64,000 nt of DNA from Octopus sinensis (GCF_006345805.1 NC_043001.1:23188001-23252000), one strand, 5' to 3'. Numbered from the stretch's first letter, positions 23,060 to 35,677 are shown. The notes: generated by a model from the letters alone, not told the origin. Made by a program: numbers and translations.

Positions 23060-24890
23060 AACGGGAAGCTTTATGAAAATAAACAAAAGACGAAGGCAGG
23101 TGGAAAACAAACGAACAATTGTATTAGTATGGCGCTCAGGAAATATAAATAAAACAAGTCTTTAACGTTTCGAGCCTACGCTCTTCAACAGAAAGATACA
23201 CAGAGAGAGAAAAACACAGAAAGAAGGAGAGAAGAAAAATGCGTGCAGTAGCTAACGAATCAACATGGCGATCTGATTTCGGCCAGAGGTCAAAGATCAA
23301 ACATGAGACGCGAGAGCGAAATAAGGGGAGATAATAGGGTTGATAAAACGGTTGAGGGACCAGCTAAAAGTGCGTGGGAGGGGTCTGGATGTGTGTATGT
23401 ATTAGTATGTATAAGGGTGTGTGTGTGTGTGTGTGTATGAGAGAGTATTAGTGCGTAAGATTGGTCTGGACGTGCGTATGTATGGGGTTGGTGTATGTAT
23501 TAGTATGTATTAGTACGTATAGGTATGTGTGTGTGTGTGTGTGAGAGAGTATAAGTGCGTATGCGGGGTCTGGACGTGTGTATGTATAGGGTTGGTGTAA
23601 GTATTAGTATGTACTAGTATGTATTAGTACGTATTAGTATGTATTAGTTGGTGTGTGTATTAGTATGGCACATCATATGTGATGTGATGTGTAAAGTCAT
23701 GTGGTATAGTGAGGAGAAGAGGGGAGGGGGAGAAGAGGGGGGAGAGAAGGGGAGGGGAAGAAGAGGGGAAGGAGAAGGGGGAAGAGGAGAGGATGGGGGA
23801 GAAGGAAGGGGAGGAGGGGGATGAAGGAGGAAAGAGGGAGTGAGGGAGCAGAGGGAAGGGGAAGAGGGAGGGAGAAAGAGGGAAGAAGGGAAGGGGAGTA
23901 GGGGTGAAAGGATGAAGGACTGAAGAAGTAGGAGTCGGGGGGAGAAAGGATAGGTGAGGAGGGGGGGAGAGGGGGGTTAGATGAGGAGGGGGGGAGAGTT
24001 GAGACCAAATGGCGTATAAGAGCGAAGAGAGAAGATTAATTCCTGTTCACGGCGCAAACGGGAATCCGGATGGCCTCTGTGTAAGGACAAACCGAACACA
24101 GATAGGTGTTGCAAGGAGTGACCGGTGGAGCGGAAATGGCATGAGACCAGTGTGTCGTTCGCAAGGTGGATGTCACGAAGGTGTTCCGCGAACCAGTCAG
24201 CCAAGCGGCGTCCCGTTTGTCCGATGTACAAGGAATTGCAGAGAGAGCAAGAGATGCAATAGATAATATTGCTGGAGGTGCAGGTGAAGGAGTGGATGAT
24301 GGGATAGGGTCGATGGTGGGTGCTAGTGAGGCGGGTGGTGTTGGAGAGGTAAGGGCAAGTGCGGCAACGTGGGCGGGAGCAGAGGAACGAGCCGGGTTGG
24401 GAGGTAGGGTCAGGGAAGGAGCTATGGACCAAAAGGTCTCGAAGGTTGTGGGCTCGTTTGAAAGAGGGGAGGGGTCGGTTAGGGAAGAGTGTGAAGTGGA
24501 CGGGTCGGACTGGAGATGACGGAAAGCTCGAAGAATGGTGCGTTGGAGACGTAGGGTCGTGGGGTGGTAAGTGAGGGGAAAAGGGAGGCGGGAGACTATA
24601 GGGCGGGTTCGGGGAGAGAGAGCAGATACACGGTCCACGGACCGTGCTCTGGCAAGGGCGGTGTGGATAGTGGTGAGGGGGTATCCACGTAGGGTGAAGT
24701 GGTGAGCCATACGTTGAGACTGAGTCTCAAAGTCATGGTCGTCACTACAGAGCCTACGTAGACGGAGGAATTGGGAATAGGGGATGGAAAGCTTGGTGTG
24801 TTCTGGGTGGGAGGAAGAGAAGTTGAGGTATGAGTGTGAGTCTGTGTGTTTGTAGTGAATGGAGGTGGTAAAGAGTGTATATAAAGAGTG
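23060..24890 (-). mobile_element. 5'-truncated Penelope-like element (RT C-terminus, GIY-YIG endonuclease, 3' pLTR)
   Basis: TTSIHYKHTDSHSYLNFSSSHPEHTKLSIP/SQFLRLRRLCSDD...HFTLRGYP...LPFPLTYHP, then CSRPRCRTC...FTCTSSNIIYCISCSLCNSLYIGQTGRRLADWFAEH...REQELIF...PFGLN (ORF 23977-24432). At least two frameshifts. The Cys-rich linker suggests Neptune type. Confidence 0.93.
23380..24000. repeat. PLE 3'-UTR minisatellite (gtatgtattagt / ggtctggacgtg units) followed by a ~300-bp polypurine tract
   Basis: Directly visible repeats at 23380-23670; a strongly G/A-rich + strand at ~23705-24000. Confidence 0.9.
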
Positions 24891-24968
24891 TATGTGTGTA
24901 GAAAATTAATGTAGACAGAAGTTTGAAATGTACTACCAAAAAGGAAAATGATAATCATCACTAAATGT

Positions 24969-25021
<53 letters not shown>

Positions 25022-25087
25022 TATACATCATCTGGCCCTCAGGATGTGTAAAGCTCAAAATGATATATCAGAAGTTTACTCATTTAT

Positions 25088-25355
25088 TTGTTTGTTATTT
25101 GACTGAAGCCATGCTGAAGCACTGCCTTTAGTCAAACAAATTGATCCCAGGACTTATTGTTTGTAAGCCTTGTTCTAATTCTATCGGTCTCTTTTGCAGA
25201 ACTGCTAAGTTATGGGGATGTAAACACACCAACATTGGTTATCAAGCAATGATGGGGAGACAAACACAGATACACAAACACACACATATATATATACGAC
25301 AGGCTTCTTTCAGTTTCCATCTACCAAATCCACTCACAAGGCTTTGGTCGACCCT
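25088..25355 (-). mobile_element. SINE family A, head truncated
   Basis: gactgaagccatgctgaagcactgcctttagtc...ttcagtttccatctaccaaatccactcacaaggctttggtcg. Confidence 0.85.
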
Positions 25356-25399
25356 TATAAGAATAATCAGTCTAATAAATTTCTTTCGCTCAGAGTGAT

Positions 25400-26376
25400 T
25401 AATTTCCTTCCTTTGTAAACAACCTAACCTTCAACATTTGTCCATTTATGAATTACTTCAAGAAGATTCTGGCGCATAAAGTTAGTAAAACATGTTTCAA
25501 TGCTATCCCAAGACCTTTTAGCAAAATGGGATGGTCTACATTCTTGGCACACAATATTGCAAGATGAAGTTCTTACTGCTGCTTGAGTAAGAGGATTAGA
25601 ATGCCAAACTTCTTGTCTGTATCTAGAAACATATTACTCATTCATAACTGGGTGGCATGCAAATAATTGTTTCTGGGTATCTTCATCATCTGATAACACA
25701 GAACCTAAACTGTCCAGCACACAATCACTTTCACCATCATCTTCAGAGCAATTCTTCATCTAAATCCAGTAACCTTTTCAATATTTGGTCTTCACTCAAT
25801 TTTTCATGTCGAGGCATATTGGAAAGCACAACTGAACTATATGAAACTTGACAGCAGACTAAAGGTAGATACTGCTCTCACATATTTATATTCTCCTGAA
25901 AGATGATGCAATATATTGTAAGAATTGCATCATCATATAGAAATATTGCATCACCCTATAACCTAGCAGACTGAAGGTGATGGAATACCACACAAATTTA
26001 TAGGAATATTTTCATAATTTTTCTTATTTTATCTAAAATTCAGCAAATAAATTGAATTCAATTTTATCTACTTTATATCTGATAAATACCTAGGAAAATA
26101 ATACTTGTTACTGCTTTTATTCTGTTTAGATTGACAAGAGCATTGTCTGAATTTAATTCGAGGGTCCAATGGACCCATACAATAATTAATGTACAAAGTG
26201 AAATTTTCTAGCTTTTATAAACATGTGGAAAATTTCCCATTTGACAAATAAAAGAGAGTCAAAAAAAAAAAAAATAAGAGTCAGAAGAAATCAGTAGAAT
26301 CAAATAATATAAACAGTAGAAAAACGCAACTGAAAAAACTGAAATTGGTCCATTGGATCTGTTGGTAGACAGAAGG
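25400..26376 (-). pseudogene. piggyBac transposon relic (left end and transposase N-terminus)
   Basis: Translation YVSRYRQEVWHSNPLTQAAVRTSSCNIVCQECRPSHFAKRSWDSIETCFTNFMRQNLLEVIHKWTNVEG after an acidic stretch matches the piggyBac N-terminal pattern. Terminus TTAA|ccttc at 26377-26380 with ggtccaatggacc subterminal motifs. Confidence 0.7.
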
Positions 26377-26379
26377 TTA

Positions 26380-26582
26380 AGCTGACCATATCCTGCAAAA
26401 ATATTCAATTTTATGTTCAAATTTGCCAGATCTGGCCTCTCACACATACCCTACAATGTCAGTCTAAAAATAAATCACATCATTAGAATCTCAAAGCTTA
26501 GAGTTAGTGCATGATTAATTCAAAACAATCTGAATAAATAAGCATTACATTTGGAAAGGTAATCTGACTGCTAAAGGGTTAA
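26380..26582. mobile_element. piggyBac-type MITE; the family's other copies are at 22685-~22805, 29213-29426 and 53063-53239
   Basis: TIR ccctttagca / tgctaaaggg with TTAA flanks; the 29213-29426 copy has both TTAA sites. Confidence 0.85.
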
Positions 26583-27819
26583 TTAAGATTCAAGCCTTAA
26601 GACTAAGCCTGTATTCATGTATTTTTACAACTTTCATCATTCTTTTTCATCATTGCCGTTTTTAACTCAGTCCCTAGTATTTTCTGACATTCCTGTTCTT
26701 GATTTGTTGCAGAGAACCAATTAAATCAGTTGTAGTCTGAGAAATGTATGGAAGTTATTGTAATAAAATGTAGCCTTATAACTATTATGATACAAGACAT
26801 TTTATTATTTTCTTCATCAAACTACTAATACATTAAACATATCTTAGATAAACAGACAATCACCATAAAAACAAAGAATGTTTGCTTTTATTCCATCAAC
26901 AATCAATACAACAATAATCTTGCCATTAGAAGAGGATAAATCAGCAATAAGAATGATATAGAGACATATTGATTGAAAGAGAATTATAACAATTTAGGAT
27001 ATAGAGAAAAACCAATATAGAATGAACTTCCCTTCATCTTTTTATTATTTGGCATACATTTATAATCATTTCCAACAGCCACTCTGAAAACACTTTAAGT
27101 TGCTATTTGTAACAAATTAATGTCAATAAATACAAGCAGGTGATGATAATTGTGAGTTTTGATTTGTGTGTATTAAGGCTTATTAATTGAGGAACAGAAA
27201 TATTTCCTGAACTGCAAAGTTCTCCATAAACAGGCCTTTTAGTAGGAATGCAAACTACTTATTTTCTTAAGCTGTTAAGACATCATGGTGCAAAAGTGCT
27301 TTCCTAGATGATTTTGGATTGGAACCAATCATGTTATTGATTTATCAGAATGGAAAGGAAAAATAAAATTATATAAAGATGAATCGAGCCAATTCAGTCT
27401 ATTTTGAACACGATATCAATGAAATGTTTGAGACATAATGTGAATACAAGCACATAGACACACATATGTAAGAATATCTGTGATCTTTGGTTGGCATGTA
27501 GATGCCGGTTCTTTGATTTTCATGCAATAAGTTAGCCATTTGACTACACATGAATAGAAAGAATATTGTGATACTTTATCAAAACAAAGTTAGTGGGACT
27601 AATCTATTTTCCATTAACCTTTTAGATCTTTTCTTCTCAACAGAGAATTTCATTTTACCTCCCTGTTATGCCACATCAGATTTACTATACATACATCATA
27701 CTACCTGTTGCAGCATACATATTGTACAACTTGTTGCCATAAATACATCATGCAAACTGTTGCAATACATACACTGTACAACCAATTGCTTTACACACAT
27801 CATACAACCAATCACATTG

Positions 27820-28120
27820 CATACATCATCATCATCATCGTTTAACATCCGCTTTCCATGCTAGCATGGGTTGGACGATTTTGACTGAGGGTTAGCGAAC
27901 CAGATGGCTACACCAGGCTCCAATCTTGATTTGGCAGAGTTTCTACAGCTGGATGCCCTTCCTAACGCCAATCACTCAGAGAGTGTAGTGGGTCCTTTTT
28001 ATGTGCCACCGGCACGGGGGCCAGTCAGGCGGTACTGGCAATGACCTCACTCGAATCTTTTTACACGTGCCACCAGCACAGGTGCTAGTAAGGCGACATT
28101 GGTAATGATCACGCTCGAAT
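27820..28120 (-). mobile_element. RTE LINE 3'-UTR fragment
   Basis: catcatcatcatcgtttaacatccgctttccatgctagcatgggttggacg...; inserted in a catacatcatacaaccaattgc-like minisatellite. Confidence 0.85.
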
Positions 28121-28544
28121 GATATATACATCATACAATACCATATAGAACCAGTTTCAACATATAAACAACCAATAAAAGGTGGAGAGTAGGCAGATTA
28201 GTTAGCATGCCTGGCAAAATGCCAAGTGGAATTTCATCCATCTTTATTTTTTGAGTTCAGATCCCACCAAAGTCAACTTTGCTATCCATCCTTCCAGGGT
28301 TGATAAAATAAGTACCAACTGAGCACTGGAGGCAATGTAATTGACTAACCCCTCTGCAGAAATTGCTGACTTTGTGCCAAAATTTGAAACCAATAGATAT
28401 ATAACCAATTGCATACATACATCATGTAGCTAATCACAATACATACAAACAATTGCAGTAAATACATTGTACAAATTGTTGCAATACATACATCATACAA
28501 CGCATACACAACCATTTGCATTACATACATTATTCAACTATTTG

Positions 28545-28587
<43 letters not shown>

Positions 28588-28595
<8 letters not shown>

Positions 28596-28950
28596 GGGAG
28601 TATAACTCCAAACTTACAGGGAAAAATTCAATTTAGTATTAAATCGAATTTCACAATATAAATATATAAAATATAAATTAGAGATAAAACCGCTATTATG
28701 CAACTCAAACAGTGATAGACATAAACCAAAGCATAAAAAACAAATAATATATATTTTTATAAAACATATAACTAGATCTCAAAAAGTATAAAAATGAATG
28801 ATCAATATATAATATGTATGATCATTCATTTTTATACTTTTTGAGATCTAGTTATATGTTTTATAAAAATATATATTATTTGTTTTTTATATTTTGGTTT
28901 ATGTCTATCACTGTTTGAGTTGCATAATAGTGGTTTTATCTCTAATTTAT
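28588..28950. repeat. 75-bp module M1 plus ~275-bp palindrome P1 within (TA)n
   Basis: M1 = taatattagggagtataactccaaacttacagggaaaaattcaatttag...tttcacaatata. P1 arms run aaattagagataaaacc... (28676) to ...ggttttatctctaattt (28950). Confidence 0.9.
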
Positions 28951-28963
28951 TATTATTATTATT

Positions 28964-29010
<47 letters not shown>

Positions 29011-29212
29011 ATACAACCAATATCTAAAGAAAACTGAAAATATTTTTTTGTTAAAGAAGCTGATTTTTTTCCCTCTCTTTTTTTCTTAGAAAAATTTAGT
29101 TTTGTAGTTATTTTACTCTGCTAACATTGAAGAATTCAATAATTTCTGATAACCACCTGAACTATTAGTACTGCTACATGCTCTTAGTGGCTCACTGAAA
29201 TAACTTCTTTAA

Positions 29213-29426
29213 TCCTTTAGCATTCAGATTACTTTGTCAAATGTAATGCTTATTTATTCACTTTGTTTTGAATTTATCATTCGTTATCTTGTAACTTCAA
29301 GATTTTAATGATGTGACTGTTTATTTTTAGACTGTCATTGTAGGGCACAATGTGAGAAACCAGATCTGTCTTGTCTGAACAGGTTAAATATTTGAGCCAG
29401 ATATGGGTAGTTTAAATGCTAAAGGG
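29213..29426. mobile_element. piggyBac-type MITE, complete
   Basis: TTAA|tcctttagca ... tgctaaaggg|TTAA. Confidence 0.9.
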
Positions 29427-30141
29427 TTAAATTCTTAAACTACACTCCTTTAACTTTAATACAGGTCAAATGCCATTCCTATTTCTATTTTAAAAATCTA
29501 GCAGCTAAAGGTTCTTTTATAATTCCTATAAACATTTTTCACCTTTTGAAATACAAATCTGTGCATCTTTATGCTTAGTCCATTTTTGTTTGTTTCTTTT
29601 TGTTTTGTTTTTGCTGAAGAATTTCCAATTAACAAAAATGTTCTTAAAATTTATTTGAATTTAATTTTTTAAAAATCAATATTTTGGTATAATGAAATTG
29701 TACTTTTCTGTATTGACTCATTTTATAATAGAAAATAATAAAATATTTAGTAAAACTTGTGTACTCATATCTAATCAATTTCTTTGATGTATCTTACTTG
29801 TTCAGTCAGTCATGCTGGTGCACAACCTTGAAAGGTTTGGTCAAACAAATCAACCACAGTACTTAAAAGTCATCAAGCAGCAGTATACAAAGATACACAC
29901 ACACACATATATATCATCATCATTGTCATCATGATTTAACATCCATATTCCATGCTGGCATGGGTTGGACAGTTCAATAGGATCCAACAAGTCCAATGGC
30001 TGCATCATTCCCCAATGTCTGCCCTGGTATGGTTTTTATAACTGGATACCCTTCTTAATACCAACCACTTTATGACATGTACTGGGTTCTTTTTTCATAC
30101 CACTATTGAGGTCAGCTTGCAAAACTACAAATCCTAAAGGA

Positions 30142-30210
<69 letters not shown>

Positions 30211-30214
30211 ATAT

Positions 30215-30404
30215 ATAGGGAGAATTTACGAAAAAAACAAAAGATGAAGACAGGTGGTGTACAAAACAAACAGATGTATTAGTATAACGCTCAGGAATAG
30301 AGAAGTCTTTTACATTTCAAGCCTACGCTCTTCTACAGAAAGGGACACAGAAAATAACAAGGAGAGAAAAAAAATGTGTGTAGTGGCTAACGATCTATCA
30401 TGGT

Positions 30405-30410
<6 letters not shown>
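30215..30410 (-). mobile_element. Solo Penelope-like pLTR between (TA)n tracts; similar copies at ~45640-45770 (+), ~48835-49010 (-) and ~50270-50440 (-)
   Basis: gggagaatttacgaaaaaaacaaaagatgaagacaggtg...tttcaagcctacgctcttctacagaaagg...catgg, homologous to 22855-23040. Confidence 0.8.
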
Positions 30411-30441
<31 letters not shown>

Positions 30442-33400
30442 AGCTTCCTCGCAGTTTCCATCTTTCAAATTTACTCACAAAGCATTGGTCAGCCTTGGAC
30501 TGTAGTAGAAGACTCTTGCCCAAGATGCTGTGCAATGATACAGAACCTGAAACCACATGGCTGAAAAGCAAATTTTTTAACCACACAGCTATGCCTTGAA
30601 ATATTCTGTACATTTTCTAATTCAAATTTCATAAGCATTTAACAGCATGCTTAAATCAATATCACTGAAAATATTAATAAATATTTTGATTCTGGTCTGA
30701 TTTTGTGTGTCACATTTAGTTTAATCTTTAAAAAGCATTCAATAACAACATTCTTGTGGATAAATTACATCTCTAATCATTCCAGTTCTTGAATTGCATT
30801 TCACTTGTAATCATATTTGTCATATCAGAAGAAACCAACCATTCACTAATCTCAGACTGTTTTTTCTTCATTTGGTTTTACTATGATCTTTTTGACATTA
30901 AAATTGTGGTTAATTTTAAAACTAAGGATTTTCAGTGCAAATATTTTTATAGGTGAATACCTTTTCTAAAACCCATGGTATTTTCAGAGTAACAACACAA
31001 TAGTTACAGCAGTTTATAAATGTTAGTTACTACAGCAACATCTCTACACTGTTTGTTATCTTATATATTCACATCATTTATCATTCATTTTTCCATGCTC
31101 GCATGGGTCAGATGGAATTTGTTGAAGCAGATTTTCAATGACTGGATGCCCTCCCAGCTGCCAACCTTCACCCATTTTTAAGTAACATTTACCCGTGACA
31201 AGACATGTCTTCATGGAAGATTGGAAATGAATGACACCACTTGCATATGTGAAGGCAAGGTGAATAACACACACACATATGTATGTACGTGTGTGAGTGT
31301 ATATATATATATATAATCATCATCATTTAATATCCACTTTCCAAGCTGACATGGGTCGGACAGTTTGACATGGGTTTCTTTTCAGTTTCCATCTACCAAA
31401 TCCTCTCACAAGGCTTTGCTCACCTTGAGGCTGGCTACAGTGAAAGACACTTACCCATGCAGTGGACCTGAAACCAAAACCATGTTATTGAGAAGCAAAC
31501 TTCTTACTACACAGCCATGCCTGTGCTTCCTGGATTAATTATAGAAGTAGAAAATAAATTCACAACATCCAAAAATACTGTTAAGAATGAATTTCTTAAG
31601 AGAAATTTCCATTTCATCATGAACATTGTCCCAATTTATTAACATTTAAAAAAACTTTGGTATGAAATATGAAATAGATCTGGTTTCTGCAGTATATTAT
31701 TTGAAAGCAATAATGTAAACTTTGTATTTTAACACTTATCCTCAGGGAATCCTTATATAATATCTAAATAATAAAACTAGTGTTTTTAATGTTCCAACTG
31801 AATGCTATATTGCTATATCAAAGAAAAAAAAATTCAATATCCTATCAAAAGATTTTACTGGAACATTTTTCCCTTTTTCAAAAAATATGGTAGCAATTTT
31901 TTCAAAAAGTGCTTGACTTAAAATTCTTTTTCATAGAATAATACTGAAAATTTGAATTAACTGCACAAAATTCAAGGCATTTACATGTCAATGTTGTTTT
32001 TTTTTTTTTTTTTTTGTGCATATTTTACTTCTTTGCATTGAGCATTATTACCTTGTTACTATTTGGAAATTCCTAACACACTGACAATACCAAAACTTTT
32101 GCTTGTTGCTGCATAAATGCAGCTCAGTATGATTTTGGTATTATCTCTCAAAAATATTATATTATATGCTGTCTTGGAAAATATATATCTTTCAACTATT
32201 TTTTTCTTTTGATGACTAAACAATGAGAATTGTAATAGTATCATGTAATTTTCATTTTTTTCAATATTATGGTAAGATTTCCATATAGTAATTTAAAATA
32301 AATGTAGTTGAGAACAAAGACATCACTGAATATCTAACAATATTTACTTCATTTTAATATATCCTTATTATAAAGGTGGGCAATAAATATATTTGGCAAA
32401 TAGTCACTTGTTCTTAACCAAGAATATCTATTTTTGGAACTACATGAATTTTTTATGCAATCATAATAGTTGAAAATGGTGATGCTATACTGATAGTCAG
32501 AAATAATAGGTAAATAAATGCATGATATGGTTTCCAGATAAAAACTAACAGCTTTTTTTTATTCATGCGTCAGAGAATAACAAACTTCATACACTTAAGA
32601 GATATTCATTTATTTCTCTATTTATTCTTTGTCTCTGACTCAATTATATCCTCACATTATCTTTATTTTCTTTTTTATTCATTTTAATCATAGAACTGCA
32701 GCCATGCTGGAGCACTGCCTTCAAGGGTTTTAGACAAACAAATCAACCCCAGTACTTACTTTTTTAACTCTAGTATTTATTTTAGCAGTCTCTTTTTGCT
32801 AAACTACTAAGTTATGAGAACATAAACACCAAAACCAGTTTTCAAACAGCAGTAGTTAGAAGGCAAATAAACTTTCATATGTTTATGTATATAGTAATAT
32901 TTGTTTTTATGTTCAGTTATAATAAAAACAATTTTACATTAATCTGATGGGTTACTCTATACTTCTAAATTATCATCCTTATACAAGAATGTTGACAGTG
33001 AATTTGAAGTTTTGACCAGCTAAGCCATCGTCAGATTGCCTGCATATATATTACACACACACACAGACACACACTTTGGACTTCCACACAGTTTCCATCA
33101 ACCGAATATATTTACAAGGCATTGGTCAACCTGGGATTATAGAAGACAGTTTTCCAAGGTACCATGCATTGAGACTGAACTTAAAACCATGTGGGTGCAA
33201 AATGAATTGCTTAACCACACATTTGAAATATTTTTTGAATATACATAAACAGTTTAAGGTTCACTATTTTTACTACTTTTAAAAGAATGTAAAAGAATCA
33301 TTTCAACATTTCTAATATTATTTGAAAATTTATAAATTATGTAATGAAATAAATCATTTGACTGCGTAATTTATAGTTGAATAATGATCGATACTGTAAT

Positions 33401-34113
33401 AATGCAGCAGCATAATTATTGTAATATATGTAACATTGACTCACAAATCAACACTAACAATCAAAATAAAACAGAATTGGCATCTGTAATTACTTTAAAA
33501 TATAGAGTCAACATCAATGATCCATGTACAAGTACTTCACTGGACAAAGGGCAATAAATAAATAAATAGAAATATTAAAAAGACAAAAAGGAAGAAAAAG
33601 AAAAGACATTTCTTTTTTTGTCAACTGTGACAAATACAGAATCTTTTCGGCATTGTATTTTGCTTTTCAAGGAGAAAATATTATAGTATTAAGAGGCAAG
33701 TTTTCTAGTTGAATGAACTGAAGTAGATTATATTAAGAGCAACCTTAGCCAGAGACATTTAAAGAACAGTAGAAAATTAAAGATTGTGCTAATCCTGTAT
33801 TTGGGTTCATGGCCTTTGAATGGCAACAGCTGACATTTGAAGTTGAAAGACTTTCAACTCATCAAGTAAAAACATACAGACCTTTTAACAGTATTTGGAA
33901 GTTGTTATTAAATGTTTTGTTGACTTATAACAAATTGGGACTAAGAGAGAGCTATAAAATTGAACCTACAACTTATGACCTTAAGGTTGTTTAGGAAACG
34001 GTGAGTTTTATTTAATTTAGGTTATTGTTACTGCTGGTTGAAGTGAATGATTTGTTCTCATTTCTGTTATTACTTTTTGTATCGTTGAGGGAGCTTCTAC
34101 AATCTGGTAAAAG

Positions 34114-34184
<71 letters not shown>

Positions 34185-34289
34185 CTTATATATATCTGTA
34201 TACACACACACACATATTAATACATATAATAATAATTAATAACTGTGTGTATATATATATATCTGTGTGTGTATATATATATATATATC

Positions 34290-34615
34290 TGTGCGTATAT
34301 ATATATGTATGTATGGGCCTCATGGAGGCAATGACAAAAACCTTTGGCATTATGTTGTGCTTGAGAAGACCCATCAAACTGAGCAACATTGCAGTTCTGT
34401 CACATACCAGTGTCATGCAAATGGAACCTATGCCGGTGGCATGTAAAAGCACCTATTACACTCTCGGAGTGGTTGACATTAGGAAGGGCATCCAGCCATA
34501 GAAAACCATGCCAAATCAGAGTGGATCCTGGTGCAGCCTTCCAGTGTGCCAGCCCAGTCAAACTGTCCAACACATGCCAGTATGGACAACGGACGTTAAA
34601 TGATGATGATGATAT
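34290..34615 (+). mobile_element. RTE LINE 3' end
   Basis: gggcctcatggaggcaatgacaaaaacctttggcattatgttgtgcttgagaagaccc...aggaagggcatccagcc...ggacgttaaatgatgatgat; matches the end of the 39 kb RTE ORF and its UTR. Confidence 0.85.
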
Positions 34616-34644
34616 ATATGTATGTACACACACCTATATATATA

Positions 34645-35162
34645 TAATAATATTAGGGAGTATAACTCCAAACTTACAGGGAAAAATTCAATTTAGTAAT
34701 AAATCTAACTTCACAATATAAATATATAATATATACATTAGAGAACAACCACTGTTATGCAATTCAAACAATGATAGACATAAACCAAATCATAAATAAA
34801 AAATAAAATATATTTTTCAAAACATATAACTAGATCACAAAAAGTACAAAAATGAATAATCAATATATAAGTAATAATATATATATCTGTGTGTGTGTGT
34901 GTGTGTGTGCGTATGGGCCTCACGAAGGCAGTGACCAAGACCTTTGACATTGATGTGCTTGAGAAGACCCATCAAACTGAGCAAATGGAACCTATGTGTG
35001 TGTGTGTATATACAGATATACTTATTATATATTGATTATTCATTTTTGTACTTTTTGTGATCTAGTTATGTTTTAAAAAATATATTTCATTTTTTATTTA
35101 TGATTTGGTTTATGTCTATCGTTGTCTGAATTGGATAATAGTGGTTTTTCTCTAATGTATAT
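34645..35162. repeat. M1 plus palindrome P1, second copy, with a central insertion
   Basis: Same M1 at 34645-34720. Arms 34735-34885 and 35015-35162 are separated by (GT)n-flanked RTE-derived sequence. Confidence 0.85.
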
Positions 35163-35206
35163 ATTATGTGTGTGTGTGTGTGTACATATATATGTATATA
35201 TTCATC

Positions 35207-35245
<39 letters not shown>

Positions 35246-35397
35246 TTTCTCTTAGTAGCAGCTGCTAGCCACTTTTTTCAGTCTATAGGGACATTTATAC
35301 CCAATCTTCTAAAGCTGTTTTCACAGCTATTCTCCTGTGTTTCAGATTCCTTCATTCCTATATGTATATATACCAACTTTTTCACCTATATATATAT

Positions 35398-35677
35398 ATG
35401 GCCTAGTGGTTAGGGCAGCGGACTCGCGGTTTCGATTCCTAGACCGGGCGTTGTGAGTGTTTATTGAGCAAAAACACCTAAAAGCTCCACGAGGCTCCGG
35501 CAGGGGGTGGTGATCCCTGCTGTACTCTTTCACCACAACTTTCTCTCACTCTTTCTTCTGTTGGCCTGTTCGCTTAGCTAGCGGGGTGGCGTCATTTGAA
35601 GGCTAAAACAATGCGAACGCATTGTGACCAGCGATGTGTAACTACATCTGATAGCCTGGTCGGTCACAGTGATCACA

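Noticed and set aside
23697-24574. Pro/Ser/Leu-rich and Gly/Glu-rich ORFs, including the plus-strand ones
   Set aside because: They are translations of the polypurine tract or antisense/off-frame readings of the Penelope ORF.
35398-35450. tRNA-like sequences with A and B boxes (also at 36890-36957, 45047-45115 and 56710-56780)
   Set aside because: They are SINE heads: no complete cloverleaf, and each continues into a SINE body.
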